Origin: Gammaproteobacteria bacterium
Lineage (GTDB): Bacteria; Pseudomonadota; Gammaproteobacteria; JAJFKG01
NCBI GenBank assembly: GCA_965116795.1
Contig: OZ220716.1
Span: 1,514,503-1,578,502 of the forward strand
Direction: 5' to 3'
Length of the DNA: 64,000 nt
The position numbers and the translations under genes are program-made. Below, one piece after another: positions 1 to 10,900 of this stretch (position 1 is its first letter; every line of letters begins with the position of its first letter). Under the pieces are notes generated by a model. The model was not told the DNA's origin. It ran no database searches and saw only the letters and a program-made list of their open reading frames with translations.

Positions 1-375
1 CGCATAGACGCGATATACGCAATGAACTCACGGCGACGACGGCTTCTCCAATAGCGACTCCCCAATCAACCACTGTGTACCGATAAATAGCGTTCTCAGT
101 AGCAAAATAATCGCCATGCAAAACAAGCTAATCACCGCAATGAATTATGGCGTCATTAAACTGGTTTAAACTGCTAAATCGCCTTAACTGAATAATGACA
201 AAGACAGCTGCAAATAGAATAGGTTACTGACGTTTTATGGGGAATTTCAGAATCAGGTTTTGAGACTTGGTGTTGACTATCCAAACTCAGCTGGTTTCGG
301 TTAGGATTCAGAGAGTTAACCGCTGGTTTCAGTTTACAGGTGCACTACTATTATTACTAACGTAATAATAATAAC

Positions 376-1393
376 ACGCCATGCTCGACTTTTTTGGGAT
401 AAAATTGTTTAAAGTTTGACTGGCACAGTGAATTCCAGTAATTTTGGTTTGAAAGAATCGCCCTTACAAGGAGAGTCACCATGCCATTGGAGGATTTTAT
501 CATTACGGTATTTTGTTTAGTAGCGGAAAGTACCAAAAGTATGGAAGGATTACAGGTGCTACGACATCGAGGTTTCGCACCAAAGTTATCAGATGAAGAA
601 GTAATTACCATGGAAGTTGTCGGAGAATTTTTAGGAATTGATACAGATAAAGGCTTATGGTCTTATTTTAAAACTAACTGGCAAATGTTGTTTCCCGATC
701 TAGGAGCACGTAGTAACTTTGCAAAACAAGCAGCAAACCTGTGGAAAGTAAAACAAGTTATCCAAATGAAAATAGGTGACCAACTGCATGCTACTGATGA
801 CACATTACATATGGCAGATGGATTTCCGATACCGGTTTGCAAATTCAAACGAGCAAAATATAGTCGTGTATTTAAGGGTGAAGCAGGCTTTGGATACTGT
901 GCATCCAAAGATGAGACTTATTACGGTTTCAAAGGAAATGTTGTGATTAATTCTGAAGGTGTGATCAGTAGTATAACGGCGACAGCCGCTAATATCGATG
1001 AAAGAGAATCGCTTTGGGATATTATTGGCGGCATTAGTGGATTAATGTTGGCTGACAAGGGATTAATTGGCAAAGATTATCAACAGCAACTGGCACGAGA
1101 GACAAACGTAAACTTGCAAACACCACTACGCGATAATATGGTTGATACAAGAGGAAAAGATGCAGCATCATGGTTGATATCAACACGGCGTTTGGTTGAA
1201 ACGGTTATCGGCCAATTAAGCGAACGGTTTCATATTCAAAAAGTCAGGGCAAGAGATACATGGCATTTCACTAATCGTGTTACCAGAAAAATATTATCAC
1301 ACACCTTGGCCGTATTTATTAATAAGATAGTGGGTAACAAACCACTTCAGTTTGAAAGGCTCGTCACTGTATGAAAAAAGTCGAGCATGGCGT
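376..1393 (+). mobile_element. IS982-family insertion sequence, complete
   Basis: 20-bp perfect TIRs ACGCCATGCTCGACTTTTTT (376-395, reverse complement 1374-1393); 7-bp target duplication TAATAAC (369-375 and 1394-1400); encloses a transposase. Confidence 0.92.
481..1374 (+). CDS. IS982-family DDE transposase
   Basis: 297 aa; PKLSDEEVIT N-terminus, ADGFPIPVC, GYCASKDETYYGFK, LADKG, RRLVETVIGQL motifs; GGAG RBS. Confidence 0.92.
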   Translation: MPLEDFIITVFCLVAESTKSMEGLQVLRHRGFAPKLSDEEVITMEVVGEFLGIDTDKGLWSYFKTNWQMLFPDLGARSNFAKQAANLWKVKQVIQMKIGDQLHATDDTLHMADGFPIPVCKFKRAKYSRVFKGEAGFGYCASKDETYYGFKGNVVINSEGVISSITATAANIDERESLWDIIGGISGLMLADKGLIGKDYQQQLARETNVNLQTPLRDNMVDTRGKDAASWLISTRRLVETVIGQLSERFHIQKVRARDTWHFTNRVTRKILSHTLAVFINKIVGNKPLQFERLVTV

Positions 1394-2759
1394 TAATAAC
1401 AGTAAGATACACTAACGTCAGTTACTGTGTAAATTACTTTAATTATAAATTAATTTAATTTAAGTACCGCTTTATTTAATAACCCACTCAGCCTATCACG
1501 TATACTCCCTTGTGCTATTTTGTCTTTGCATACAGACGAACACCCAAAGCAAACACACACGTAACGCCAACAAGATGAACATTCATCATACCTCTGTCAC
1601 TTACCTCATTTCCCTCACTTCGCTTACCTCATTGCCACTAACGCCACTTCACCTCAATTTCACGCTTAACATCACTATCAAGAGATAATTAGTGCAGGTG
1701 TTAAAAGATAATAGCCTTAAAACGCCCATAGGCAGGCTTTAAACACGTTAACTCTTTTTATTAATGCATTGGCATTGCTTAACGCAACATCGTCTCTTGA
1801 AACGCTTATACGACGTTTTTGTTGTTTAATAAAATTAACGCTTACAAAATACTTTACACACAAAAACATTTTTGATGCAGAAGTAAAACAAGTAGTGGTC
1901 ATTGTTTTTTTGACAACGCACTTGTGTACTCCGGTTGTGCAAGTAGATCACCAGTGCAACGAAAAGACATAAGATAGGTACAGAGCTAACAGGACTTGTT
2001 TAAATTAAAAATATTCATGGCAGAGGGTAAAAACAAATTATCCGCTTGAACGCCGACAAATAGTTTTAAACGCGTTAAATGTTTTTGTTAAACTTCCCCA
2101 TTACTTGCCACGACATCGTTGTTTAAATCGCTGGTATGGTGTGTTAAGCCAATAATCACGTCACTCGCGTGGCTAACTCACAGTGCTAACACATCATATT
2201 TTTGTGTGCAGAAGTTAAAATAATCAACAATAGGCTCATTTTTTATGAGTTGTCATCCCCAATGCCCACCCACAATCAGGTTACAACTTTTGCTATTTTT
2301 ACTTATGGTGAATTTTAATGCAGCGTGTTTTCTTACAGTATTATACGGTTATCGTGAGACATCTTATATGATACAAAAACCGCAATTCGTGGTAGACTTT
2401 TCGCTATGGTTGGCAGAGGTGGCACAGGGGAGCCGCTGGCGGATTTGCAAGAAGGTAAAACCAACGTTGAGACACCGCTATCCATCTCACAACACAGCAT
2501 AACAGACGTTGCAGAGGTTAAAAGAAGCGAGAGACGAATGACAGTCGACACAAATATTATTTGGAATATCAAACACTTATGGGTCCTTCCTCGGGTTAAA
2601 ACGCATTCGGGCTTCCTAAGCGCAATATTTCGCTAGCGACAGACCAAAAAAAGTGGTTCGCGGGTCGCGCCTAACATCACAATAGAAAAAATATCCCTTC
2701 AAATTCAAACGGTTATCTCAAAAAATCCTCCCATTTCAGTCGATTAGTACGACTTTTTA

Positions 2760-2955
2760 GGTTCGCACCTGAGTCAAGTAACCCTTTGAATCTAATAGAT
2801 TTCTTCTGCAAACTTGGGTGCAAACCAAATTCACACATAGGTTTGCATTGATAATCAAATAACCCATTGAATTTAATCAAGTTATTGCAAGTCTAGGTGC
2901 GAACCTAACTGCACCTAATGGGGATAAGTTCGCACCTTGATGAAGGTTCGCACCT
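2760..2955. repeat. Cluster of (G)GTTCGCACCT-like motifs in direct and inverted orientation
   Basis: GTTCGCACCT at about 2761, 2928 and 2946; reverse-complement AGGTGCGAACC at about 2895; variant GGGTGCAAACC at about 2816. Confidence 0.6.
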
Positions 2956-3065
2956 TGCACATTCTTCTCTTCACAGCGAACTCCTTTTAGGTTGATATTT
3001 AACCAGAATTTTAACTGATTTCCCTACCAATGCGGGATGAATAGTAGCCCATATGGGATTTGCTA

Positions 3066-3219
3066 TACAGAATAGTTGTTGCTATAGTACAGAATAGTCG
3101 GCATTATAGTGCAGAATAGTTGAGATTCTGTTACAGTTTAGTCGAAACTCTACTGCATGATAGTCAAACTGTCAGTCCAGAATGCTCGGCCTTTCAATCC
3201 AGCTTAGCCAAGTACACAG
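3066..3219. repeat. Seven degenerate direct repeats with exact 22-bp period (iteron/operator-like)
   Basis: Units start at 3066, 3088, 3110, 3132, 3154, 3176, 3198; conserved core TNCAGAATAGTY, variable second half. Confidence 0.8.
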
Positions 3220-3253
3220 CAGGGGAATAGGTAAATAGAAATGGCAAATAACA

Positions 3254-3493
3254 TAGAAGTTACGCATTGACAACAAAAACCACAACATTTTCAATAAGAT
3301 ATGGAATGCCATTTTTTATGTTTAGCCTTAGTAGCCTGCTGGTTTTTTTTTGCTACGCCTTACGCAGACATAATTTGAGACTCGAGTTTTATGTTGCCGA
3401 TTGTTTTTCTAAACAAAAAACAATTGCTTCAGCTGCTAAAAATCTCAAGTTCTGTCCCCATAAGACATAAGTTCTGTCAATGCGTAACTTCTA
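3254..3493. mobile_element. Non-autonomous IS701-type MITE (240 bp) inserted in the 5' end of the AAA+ ATPase gene
   Basis: TIR TAGAAGTTACGCATTGAC identical to the ends of the IS701 at 15532/19415; 5-bp target duplication TAACA (3249-3253 and 3494-3498). Confidence 0.88.
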
Positions 3494-4730
3494 TAACAAA
3501 TCATTCTATCCACGGCACTGTCAAGCGAGGGTCAAAGCCGCCTTAGCCGATTCCCCGGTTGTCGTGTTAACCGGCCCACGGCAGTGTGGTAAGACAACCT
3601 TAGCCAAAGCAATGCAGACAAAGGAGTGGCTATACCTCACATTTGACGATCAAACTCAATTACAATTGGCACGTGATGATCCGATTGGATTTATCCGTGG
3701 CTTAACCGCACGGCATATCATTTTAGATGAAGTGCAACGGGTTCCGGAATTATTTCTTGCGATTAAACAATCGGTGGATGAAAACCGCTTACCAGGACGC
3801 TATTTACTGACAGGTTCAGCGAATGTGTTGCTGCTACCCGCCTTAGCCGATTCCCTGGCCGGTCGAATGGAGACGTTGACATTGCTGCCTTTAGCACGGT
3901 GTGAGATTGATAGGAAACAATCGACTTTCTTATCCAAGATTTTTTCACAAGCGTTACCAAGAACAGATAGGGTACGTGTGAGAGAGTCGTTAATTGATGA
4001 TATCCTCTGCGGTGGATTTCCGGAGCCATTAAGCCGAGAGGATCGGTATCGTAGACAAGCCTGGCACAGTCAGTATATTCACAGCCTGATTCAAAAAGAC
4101 GTGCGTGATTTAGCGCAGATAGATTATCTCAGTGAATTGCCTAAGCTAGCCCAAGTGTTAAGTCAGCAAGTGGGTCAATTGACGAATTACGACCAATTAG
4201 CTGGGCGAATGGGACTGTCGCCTAAAACACTGGTGAAGTATTGCCGCTTGCTTGAGCACGTGTACTTATTTGAACGGCTACCGGCGTGGCACCGTAATGA
4301 ACTGAAGCGTTTACTCAAAACGCCCAAAGTGCACATTGTCGATACCGGGTTATTGTGTGCACTCAAGCGGCTCAACGTCAATAAAATCACGCAGGACAGT
4401 CATCTGCTGGGGAGTTTAGTTGAGAGCTATGTTTTTTGTGAGTTAAAGCGAATAGCCACCTGGTATGAAGAGCCGGTCACGTTTTATCATTTTCGAGATA
4501 AAGACCAGCATGAAGTTGATTTTATCATTGAATTACACTCAGGGGAGTTTGTAGCCATTGAAGCAAAAGCCTCGGCCACATTACATCCCAAAGATTTTCG
4601 AGGATTAAAGAAATTGCAATCGTTAGCGGGTGACAATTTCTTGATGGGTTTGATTTTATATGATGGAGACCACAGTACCCAAGTGAACGACAAACTGGCT
4701 GCTGTCCCCATAGGCGCGTTATGGGAGTAA
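3480..4730 (+). CDS. AAA+ ATPase (AAA_14 + DUF4143) with C-terminal PD-(D/E)XK-like domain; ancestral start at 3241
   Basis: Walker A GPRQCGKTT, Walker B ILDEVQ, LTGS, GGFPE, KTPKVHIVDTG, C-terminal EVDFII..AIEAK. Confidence 0.9.
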   Translation: MRNFYNKSFYPRHCQARVKAALADSPVVVLTGPRQCGKTTLAKAMQTKEWLYLTFDDQTQLQLARDDPIGFIRGLTARHIILDEVQRVPELFLAIKQSVDENRLPGRYLLTGSANVLLLPALADSLAGRMETLTLLPLARCEIDRKQSTFLSKIFSQALPRTDRVRVRESLIDDILCGGFPEPLSREDRYRRQAWHSQYIHSLIQKDVRDLAQIDYLSELPKLAQVLSQQVGQLTNYDQLAGRMGLSPKTLVKYCRLLEHVYLFERLPAWHRNELKRLLKTPKVHIVDTGLLCALKRLNVNKITQDSHLLGSLVESYVFCELKRIATWYEEPVTFYHFRDKDQHEVDFIIELHSGEFVAIEAKASATLHPKDFRGLKKLQSLAGDNFLMGLILYDGDHSTQVNDKLAAVPIGALWE

Positions 4731-4779
4731 GTGACGATGGTAGAATGGTTTAAGCCTGTTCACTTATACATTCCTCGCC

Positions 4780-4967
4780 TTGTATTATCAGAAAATTGCC
4801 CAATGATGTTATCATCATCGGTAATGCCAAAGACAACCATGCACCATCCCCATTTGAAAAGTCACATGCGGTTTCACAGGCTGCCTGACATTGCCCCGTT
4901 GATTTTTTAAACTCTCTGTCTGCGATTCGCCTTCGGCAATCAACCATTGTATTTGCTGTAGCTTCAT
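4780..4967 (-). pseudogene. Frameshifted fragment of a Schlafen/AlbA_2-domain protein
   Basis: Reading across frameshifts gives MKLQQIQWLIAEGESQT/EFKKSTGQCQAACETACDFSNGDG/VVFGITDDDNIIGQ, matching the AlbA_2 pattern GESxxxEFK..AFxNxxGG..FG(I/V)xD. Confidence 0.7.
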
Positions 4968-5080
4968 CGCTTAGCTTCTTTGATTATCACTATCAACCCA
5001 CTCTCTTGAAAGTCAATACGTTATTTTTTATCGCTACTGGGTTTGCCGTCACTGTCATAATACACTTGCACTTGTATTGC

Positions 5081-5617
5081 TTACTTTCTCTTTTTAGATT
5101 GCGCATGGGCTTCTACAACCAGTCGGTTCGTGACCACGGTTAATTGCTCCAGCGTTGGCTGTGTGAGTGTTAAGCGTGTGTTATCAGGTAATGTTAGTGT
5201 TATCGTTGGCAAGTGATTTTTATTTTTTGAAGCCGGTGTGGGTTCAAACCCAATCTCTAAGAATTGTTTGCCAAGGCCAGTGATATTGCGCGCGGCTAGC
5301 CCACTGGCGCGCTTTAACTGTCCCCAATCAAGGCGCAACGCTTGACGAATGTCTTGGTCGGTGTACTGCTTTCGCAAGGCATAGGCTTTTAACAATAAAG
5401 CATCGGGGATGGGCTCAGAGTTCGACTTTTTGTTAGCACGCCATTGTGTAAACTGCTTGGTTACACTAGCGATTGCACTGGAAGTAGGTTTTTTCTTCAG
5501 TAGTTTTTTCGCTGCACTGCGCTTGCCTTGAGGCTTGCGTTGTTTTGTCGTTATTTTCTTTTTCTTCGTTGTCGCTTTCTTCTTCGTTGAGGTTTTCTTT
5601 CTGGTTGCTGTTGCCAT
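5081..5617 (-). CDS. Stand-alone IS66 TnpA-like protein with Lys/Thr-rich histone H1-like N-terminal tail
   Basis: QFTQWRANK..PIPDAL..LRLDWGQLKR aligns with QFEQWRANK..PVPPAL..LRVNHSQLKR of the TnpA at 16234; about 45-aa basic N-terminal tail. Confidence 0.65.
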   Translation of the reverse strand: MATATRKKTSTKKKATTKKKKITTKQRKPQGKRSAAKKLLKKKPTSSAIASVTKQFTQWRANKKSNSEPIPDALLLKAYALRKQYTDQDIRQALRLDWGQLKRASGLAARNITGLGKQFLEIGFEPTPASKNKNHLPTITLTLPDNTRLTLTQPTLEQLTVVTNRLVVEAHAQSKKRK

Positions 5618-5712
5618 GTTACTATTTTCCTATTCGTTGTTGAACTCTAGCGCATTGTTGTGATGCATCACAACACTTGCGCAATCAATTTACCAGGTTT
5701 TTGAGGTGATTT

Positions 5713-5736
5713 CAAAGCCCGCTCTTGCGGGCTTTG
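5713..5736. terminator. GC-rich hairpin, probable terminator downstream of the jet operon
   Basis: CAAAGCCCGC-TCTT-GCGGGCTTTG perfect 10-bp stem. Confidence 0.5.
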
Positions 5737-6741
5737 TCATTGTTCACACGGATATTGATGGGCGTTAACAGGTCTGCCGATGAATTGGATTTGAATGTGG
5801 CACTAGAACGCAATGCTATTTGCATTCATCAGCTACGCGATAGATGTATATTCTCGCTTTCACACGCAGAGATGGTGGTTAGGATTGCGAAGCAAAAGGT
5901 AATTTGGCTTAATGGATAAATGTCATGCGGCTATCCAATGTTGTAGTGTTGTTGCAATATAATCAGCGTGTAAATACTCTTGCTCTAAACGCGACTCTGC
6001 CCATTCCCCCTGAGTTAATGCATCAAATAAAGCCATTTCTTCAGCGGTTAAGTTCTCAGGGCATACCGGAGCAGGTGTTGGTTCATGCGTGATTTGGGTA
6101 CGATGAGTTAACAGTGTGTCTTTATCCATCATCAAGGCACACACATGGGGCAGCCATTTGCGTACCTCACTTAAGATAGCCAATCCCCAGGTATCAATAT
6201 CCCCCCAATAACCCACTTGCTTATCTCGTAGCCACACCGCTTTTACCCAGGCAACATTCAATCCACCCCCGAAGACCGCGATGGTATCTGCAAGCGGGGG
6301 GAGAGCCAGTCCTGATTGTTTATTTTCAACAATCAAAATCCGTTTGCTGGGTAATGACGTATTGATTAACACATCACTAGGTAATTGTAATATGGGTAAT
6401 CTCCCTAATTGCTGCTGCGCATGAGGACACAGTGGGCGCACCCCTAACCAGTCAGTGGGTGCTTCAAGACAACCCAACCATGATAACAATCCACCTGCCG
6501 CTGAAACAGTCTTTTCATGTAAGCTATCTAATAGTGCTGTCAATAAGGTTTGTTGGGTTTCTACGAATTTGGTATCTACTCCGATTAATGGCAGTGCACG
6601 CAAATAATAGCCTTGACCACACTTCGGGTGTAATTGAGGTAATACGGTAACCAGTTTGTCTATCGTTTGCTTATCCATTTTTTCCAGTCGGTTAAAGTGC
6701 GCGACCAATGCCGGGTAAAGTTTTTTATTAAACGCCACTAA

Positions 6742-7606
6742 GAGCCTGTTCAAAATCCAAGAGTAAAGAGTTAACATCTGCGCTGTTATCATTTAAGAGG
6801 GAGTTAAAATGCGCAGGGGATATCCAAGCGACATAAGTCGAGAGCAATTTGCGTTAATAGAGCCATTATTGCTGAGTGCTAGAAAGCAGACGCGTCCAAG
6901 ACAATATGATTTATATGATATTTTCTGTTCGGTACTTTATTTATTGAAAACAGCCTGTCAATGGCGAATGTTGCCCCAAGATTTTCCAAAATGGCGCAGC
7001 GTCCACGCCTATTTTCAAATTTGGAGTGAACAAGTTGATGGAGAACCAAGCCTACTTGAGCAGGCTTTAAAAAAAATTGGTTGCCGAATTACGCGTTGAT
7101 GATAATCGCAAAGAAAAAACCAGTTTCTGCATTGTCGATGCGCAAAGTGTAAAAAACACAGATACAGCAGAAAACAAGGGTTACGATGCGGGCAAGAAGA
7201 TATCTGGTATCAAGAGACATATTGCTGTGGATACCCAAGGATTACCGCATGCTATTCACATTACAACGGCTAATATAACAGACCGTGCAGGTGCAATTAT
7301 TATGTTTACGAAGTCAAAAGACAACTTGAGTACAGTTCAAAATGTGTTAGTGGACGGTGGTTATACGGGGCTCCTTTTTGCTGAGGCGATACAGGAAATC
7401 ATTGGTGCGACTGTTGAGGTGGCTAAACGCAGTGAATTACATAAGTTTGCTGTGATACCAAAACGCTGGGTGGTGGAACGTTCATTTGGTTGGATTGAAA
7501 AATGTCGGCGACTATGGAAAAACTGCGAAAGAAAAATGAATACAAGTTTGCAAATGGTGGTGTTGGCTTTTTTAGTGTTGGCTATTAGAAGATTTTGAAC
7601 AGGCTC
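6742..7606 (+). mobile_element. IS5-family (IS1031-group-like) insertion sequence
   Basis: TIR GAGCCTGTTCAAAATC / GATTTTGAACAGGCTC; 3-bp TAA duplication (6739-6741 and 7607-7609). Confidence 0.9.
6809..7598 (+). CDS. IS5-family transposase in two overlapping ORFs (6809-7099, 7077-7598), probable programmed frameshift
   Basis: YPSDISREQF, CQWRMLPQDFPKW, IVDAQSVK, GYDAGKKISGIKRH, VDGGY, PKRWVVERSF; poly-A run at about 7069-7076 in the overlap zone. Confidence 0.88.
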
Positions 7607-7967
7607 TAAGGGTTTAATACGTTGTTGCCAACGTTGATAGCATTGATACGCATCACCTTCAAGAAAGTGCATTAACTCGGTGATGTTAGCCAATACCAAT
7701 GTGGTGGGTATATGCTGTGTTGATAGTGCGCGGTAGGTAACCTGTTGCCACTTAACTTGCTGTGGATATGAATATTGTTGCCAGGCTTGTACAAACTGCT
7801 GAAAATGCGCTAAATCTGTGGTGGCGTTATTGCCGCTGGGTGGTTTTAAGTTCACGCGAATGGGCCAGGGACGTTGATGTAATAAACGGGCTTTGCGATT
7901 GGTTTCATTTTGCCATTCACGTTTTAAGAGTAATGGCTGTATATCCGTTGGCAATAATCCCCATATC

Positions 7968-10900
7968 TTAGTTGTCATGGGTTTCCTCTGTCAGCGTGAT
8001 ACCTAAGGCTTGTGCCGCTTGCTGCGTGCGTTGCTCGCGATGTTTAGCCAATTGCGCATCGACTTCTTCCCAAGTGACTTCACATAAACGGCTGTCGTGT
8101 TGTGTTATATCACGCTCAACGATTAATAATGAGCGCGCTGATTCGCGTGCGAGATTCAAATTTTTATAGGGGGTAATTAAATTGACATGGATGTGTAATG
8201 CTTTAAATACCCGCAGAACACGCCGACTAACGGCTTCAGCGGTATTGGAAAACGCTTCGTCCAAAAAGACCGTGCTGTATACGGGTTTATCATGGCCATC
8301 GGGGGTGAGCACATAGGCTAAACTTGCTGCCACAATAGTGCCAGCAAACGCTTCTTTCTCACCACCTGATTTGCCGCTGGAAGAGGCTAATACATCACGC
8401 ACTTCATTGGTACCAATGGCTAATTCATCAGCATGAAAGGCTAATTGATAACGTGGATCGAGTAAGCGTAAACTTTCTAAGGTATTGGCTGTACTGGGAT
8501 GGCTGGCTTTTTCTAAGATAGTGATCACTTCTTGCAACTGTTGAAAACGTGCGTCATGATCATCGCTAGTCACTTGACTGAGTACAGCAGATAATTGTTG
8601 ATTAAGCACTTTGACATGTGGATAGTGTTCTTGTTTAGTGCCTAATTTCAAGTAGGTCCCTTGACGAAACTCGGTGCGTTTTAACACGTGATTAATCGTT
8701 TCAATTTTATCGATAATATCATCGCGAGCCACCTGTAATTGTTGACGAATGCGTGCTAGTGATTGGGTCGTGTGTTTGTTTAGTCTGGTGACGAACTTAT
8801 CGACTAATGCGGGCAAACCTTCCTGTTCAATCTTGTGTAAATGCTCAATATAATCGGTTAAACTCGCGATGTCGCAACGCCAATCGGCTGCAATCACTTG
8901 CCATTTTTCGTGAGAACGAAAGCTTGCCATAATGCGGATGGCTGATTTTTCCAAACTGGCCTTTTGCTCACGGCATTGTTCTAATGCTTGCTCAATGGTG
9001 CGTTGATGTTGATGAGTCAGAACTGTCAATTGTTCAAGTAACGAAGCCTCTAATTTGTCTAAACGTTGGCTTAAACGTTGGGCAATGGGCTCAGTTAATC
9101 CAACATTGGCTAGCTGAGTAGCTTCATCACGTTTACTGATCCCAGATTGGAGGGTATTGGCTAATTCACCGGCTTGTTTAATATCATGCTCTTTAGCAGT
9201 ACGAATAGCCAGTAACGTTTGTTTAGCGTGTTGCCAACGTTGTTTAGCCTGTGCCAAATTACCATCGCTGCGCTCAAGTGCCGTCAAATCAACGTGCAAT
9301 TGATCTACTTTCGCTTGCCAACGCGGCACATCAATATCGTCCCACTGATAGGTTTGTAATTTATCCCAATACTGGCGCTTTTTGTTAATGGTATTTAATG
9401 CGTCTCTGGCCTGGGTTAATGCAACTTGCATTTCGTTTAATTTAATTTTTAATTGTTGCTGTTCATCTTCTAATAACTTTAAACGGGTTTTATTAGAAAA
9501 TCCTAAACACCAATGACGGCGATCATCTATTTTGACCTGATCTTTCTTTTCAGCTCGCCCACGTTCACGATGGATTAATCCCGCTTGTGTCATTGAAAAG
9601 GGCGTATTATCCAATTCTGTTGTTGTCATCACGCAGTGTAAATCAAAACGGGCTAGATGGTGTTGTAACCAAGCTTGATAAGGATGCTCGCGCCAGTGTA
9701 ATTTATGCAAATAACCGTTGCTCTTCCAGGGTTTGATTTGTTGAACATTAGTTTTGATAACCTGCTGTATACGCACATGTAGCCCAGTGTAGCGCACATT
9801 CAACCAACGCGTTACCAATGGGAAATCACGATCGCGGACTAATAATGTAGTACGTAATCCACCGAATGCACACTCAATAGCACCTTGCCATTGATGCTCT
9901 GCATCTTTGACATCGAGCAGTTCACCAATAAATGGGCAGTTTTCTATGGATAGCTCTAATGCTTGTCGCAATTCATCGCGTAATTGTTGATAATTCATTG
10001 CAATATTGGAATCAGGGCGTGCTTTGATATGAGTGAGTTCTTCCTGAATGGCACGTTGTTCAGTTTGCAGTTGGCTGAATGTGGCACTCACCGTGGCAAA
10101 TCTATCTTGTGCTTGGTGAGTATCCTCACTCAGTTGTCGCTGTTGTTGTATTATCTGTTGTTGATGTTGGGTAAAGGTGGTTTTGTCTAAAGTGAGATCT
10201 AACCCAAGTGCTTTAGTATCGGTTTGGTATTGTGTTGCACGGTGTTGTACTTGGGTTAATCGTGCTTGCGCATGGGTTAAATCTTTTTTTATTGCCTCGA
10301 TACGTTCGCCTCCTGCCTGTAAATAATCCGCATGGCGTTGTTCTACCTGTTCAGTGACATCGATTTCATGTTGATTGGCTTCTTTAATACGATCAGTCAA
10401 TGCTGCATAGTCTTTCTGCCAACGTTCAATATTGGCTTGCCAATGGTGTACCGCCATATCAGCCATATAAATGGGTAATCCATCGCGCTCTTCAATCAAT
10501 TGCGTGTAGGTTTTTTCTGCTTTTGTTATGGCTTGTTGTAAGTGGGGTAGTTTGTTCAAATGATCACATTGGGCTTTGGCATCGAGTAATTGATTGCGGG
10601 TGGCGACCAAATCGGTAAATTCAGTGACGGCATTGCGTGCATCCTCTTTGAGCGTGCCAGGCTCTAAGACTAACTCACGAATTAAGGCGGTTAAGTCATC
10701 AATTTTTTTCAATCCCAATGCGCGGGCTAACAAAGCAGGCGCATTTTTGTTTTCCATATGCAATAGCTGACGATAACAAGCTTGGTAATGGGAGAAATGG
10801 TCATCGAAACATTGCAATTGGGTGTGTTGTTTTAACCAGCGTTTTAAGCCTCGGCTATGGCCATCGGTAAAGGCATTGAGCATGGCTTGCAATGAAATGG

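Larger units (their letters stand above)
5923..7978 (-). pseudogene. jetD: Wadjet nuclease JetD (DUF3322 + DUF2220 Toprim), interrupted by IS5
   Basis: N-terminal half 7978-7607 and C-terminal half 6738-5923 rejoin in frame (..RIKPL|VAFNKK..) after removing the IS and one TAA; YLRALP..GVDTKF, IVENK, YWGDIDTWG, RLEQE motifs; downstream of jetC. Confidence 0.9.

Noticed and set aside
2245-2636. Several overlapping 76-85 aa ORFs
   Set aside because: No motifs or RBS, and mutually overlapping; likely spurious
3066-3219. Possible CRISPR array
   Set aside because: The period is only 22 bp, the repeats are degenerate, there are no spacer-length unique segments and no cas genes
7361-7978. 205-aa ORF as an independent gene
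   Set aside because: It is the jetD N-terminal half reading into the antisense strand of the IS5
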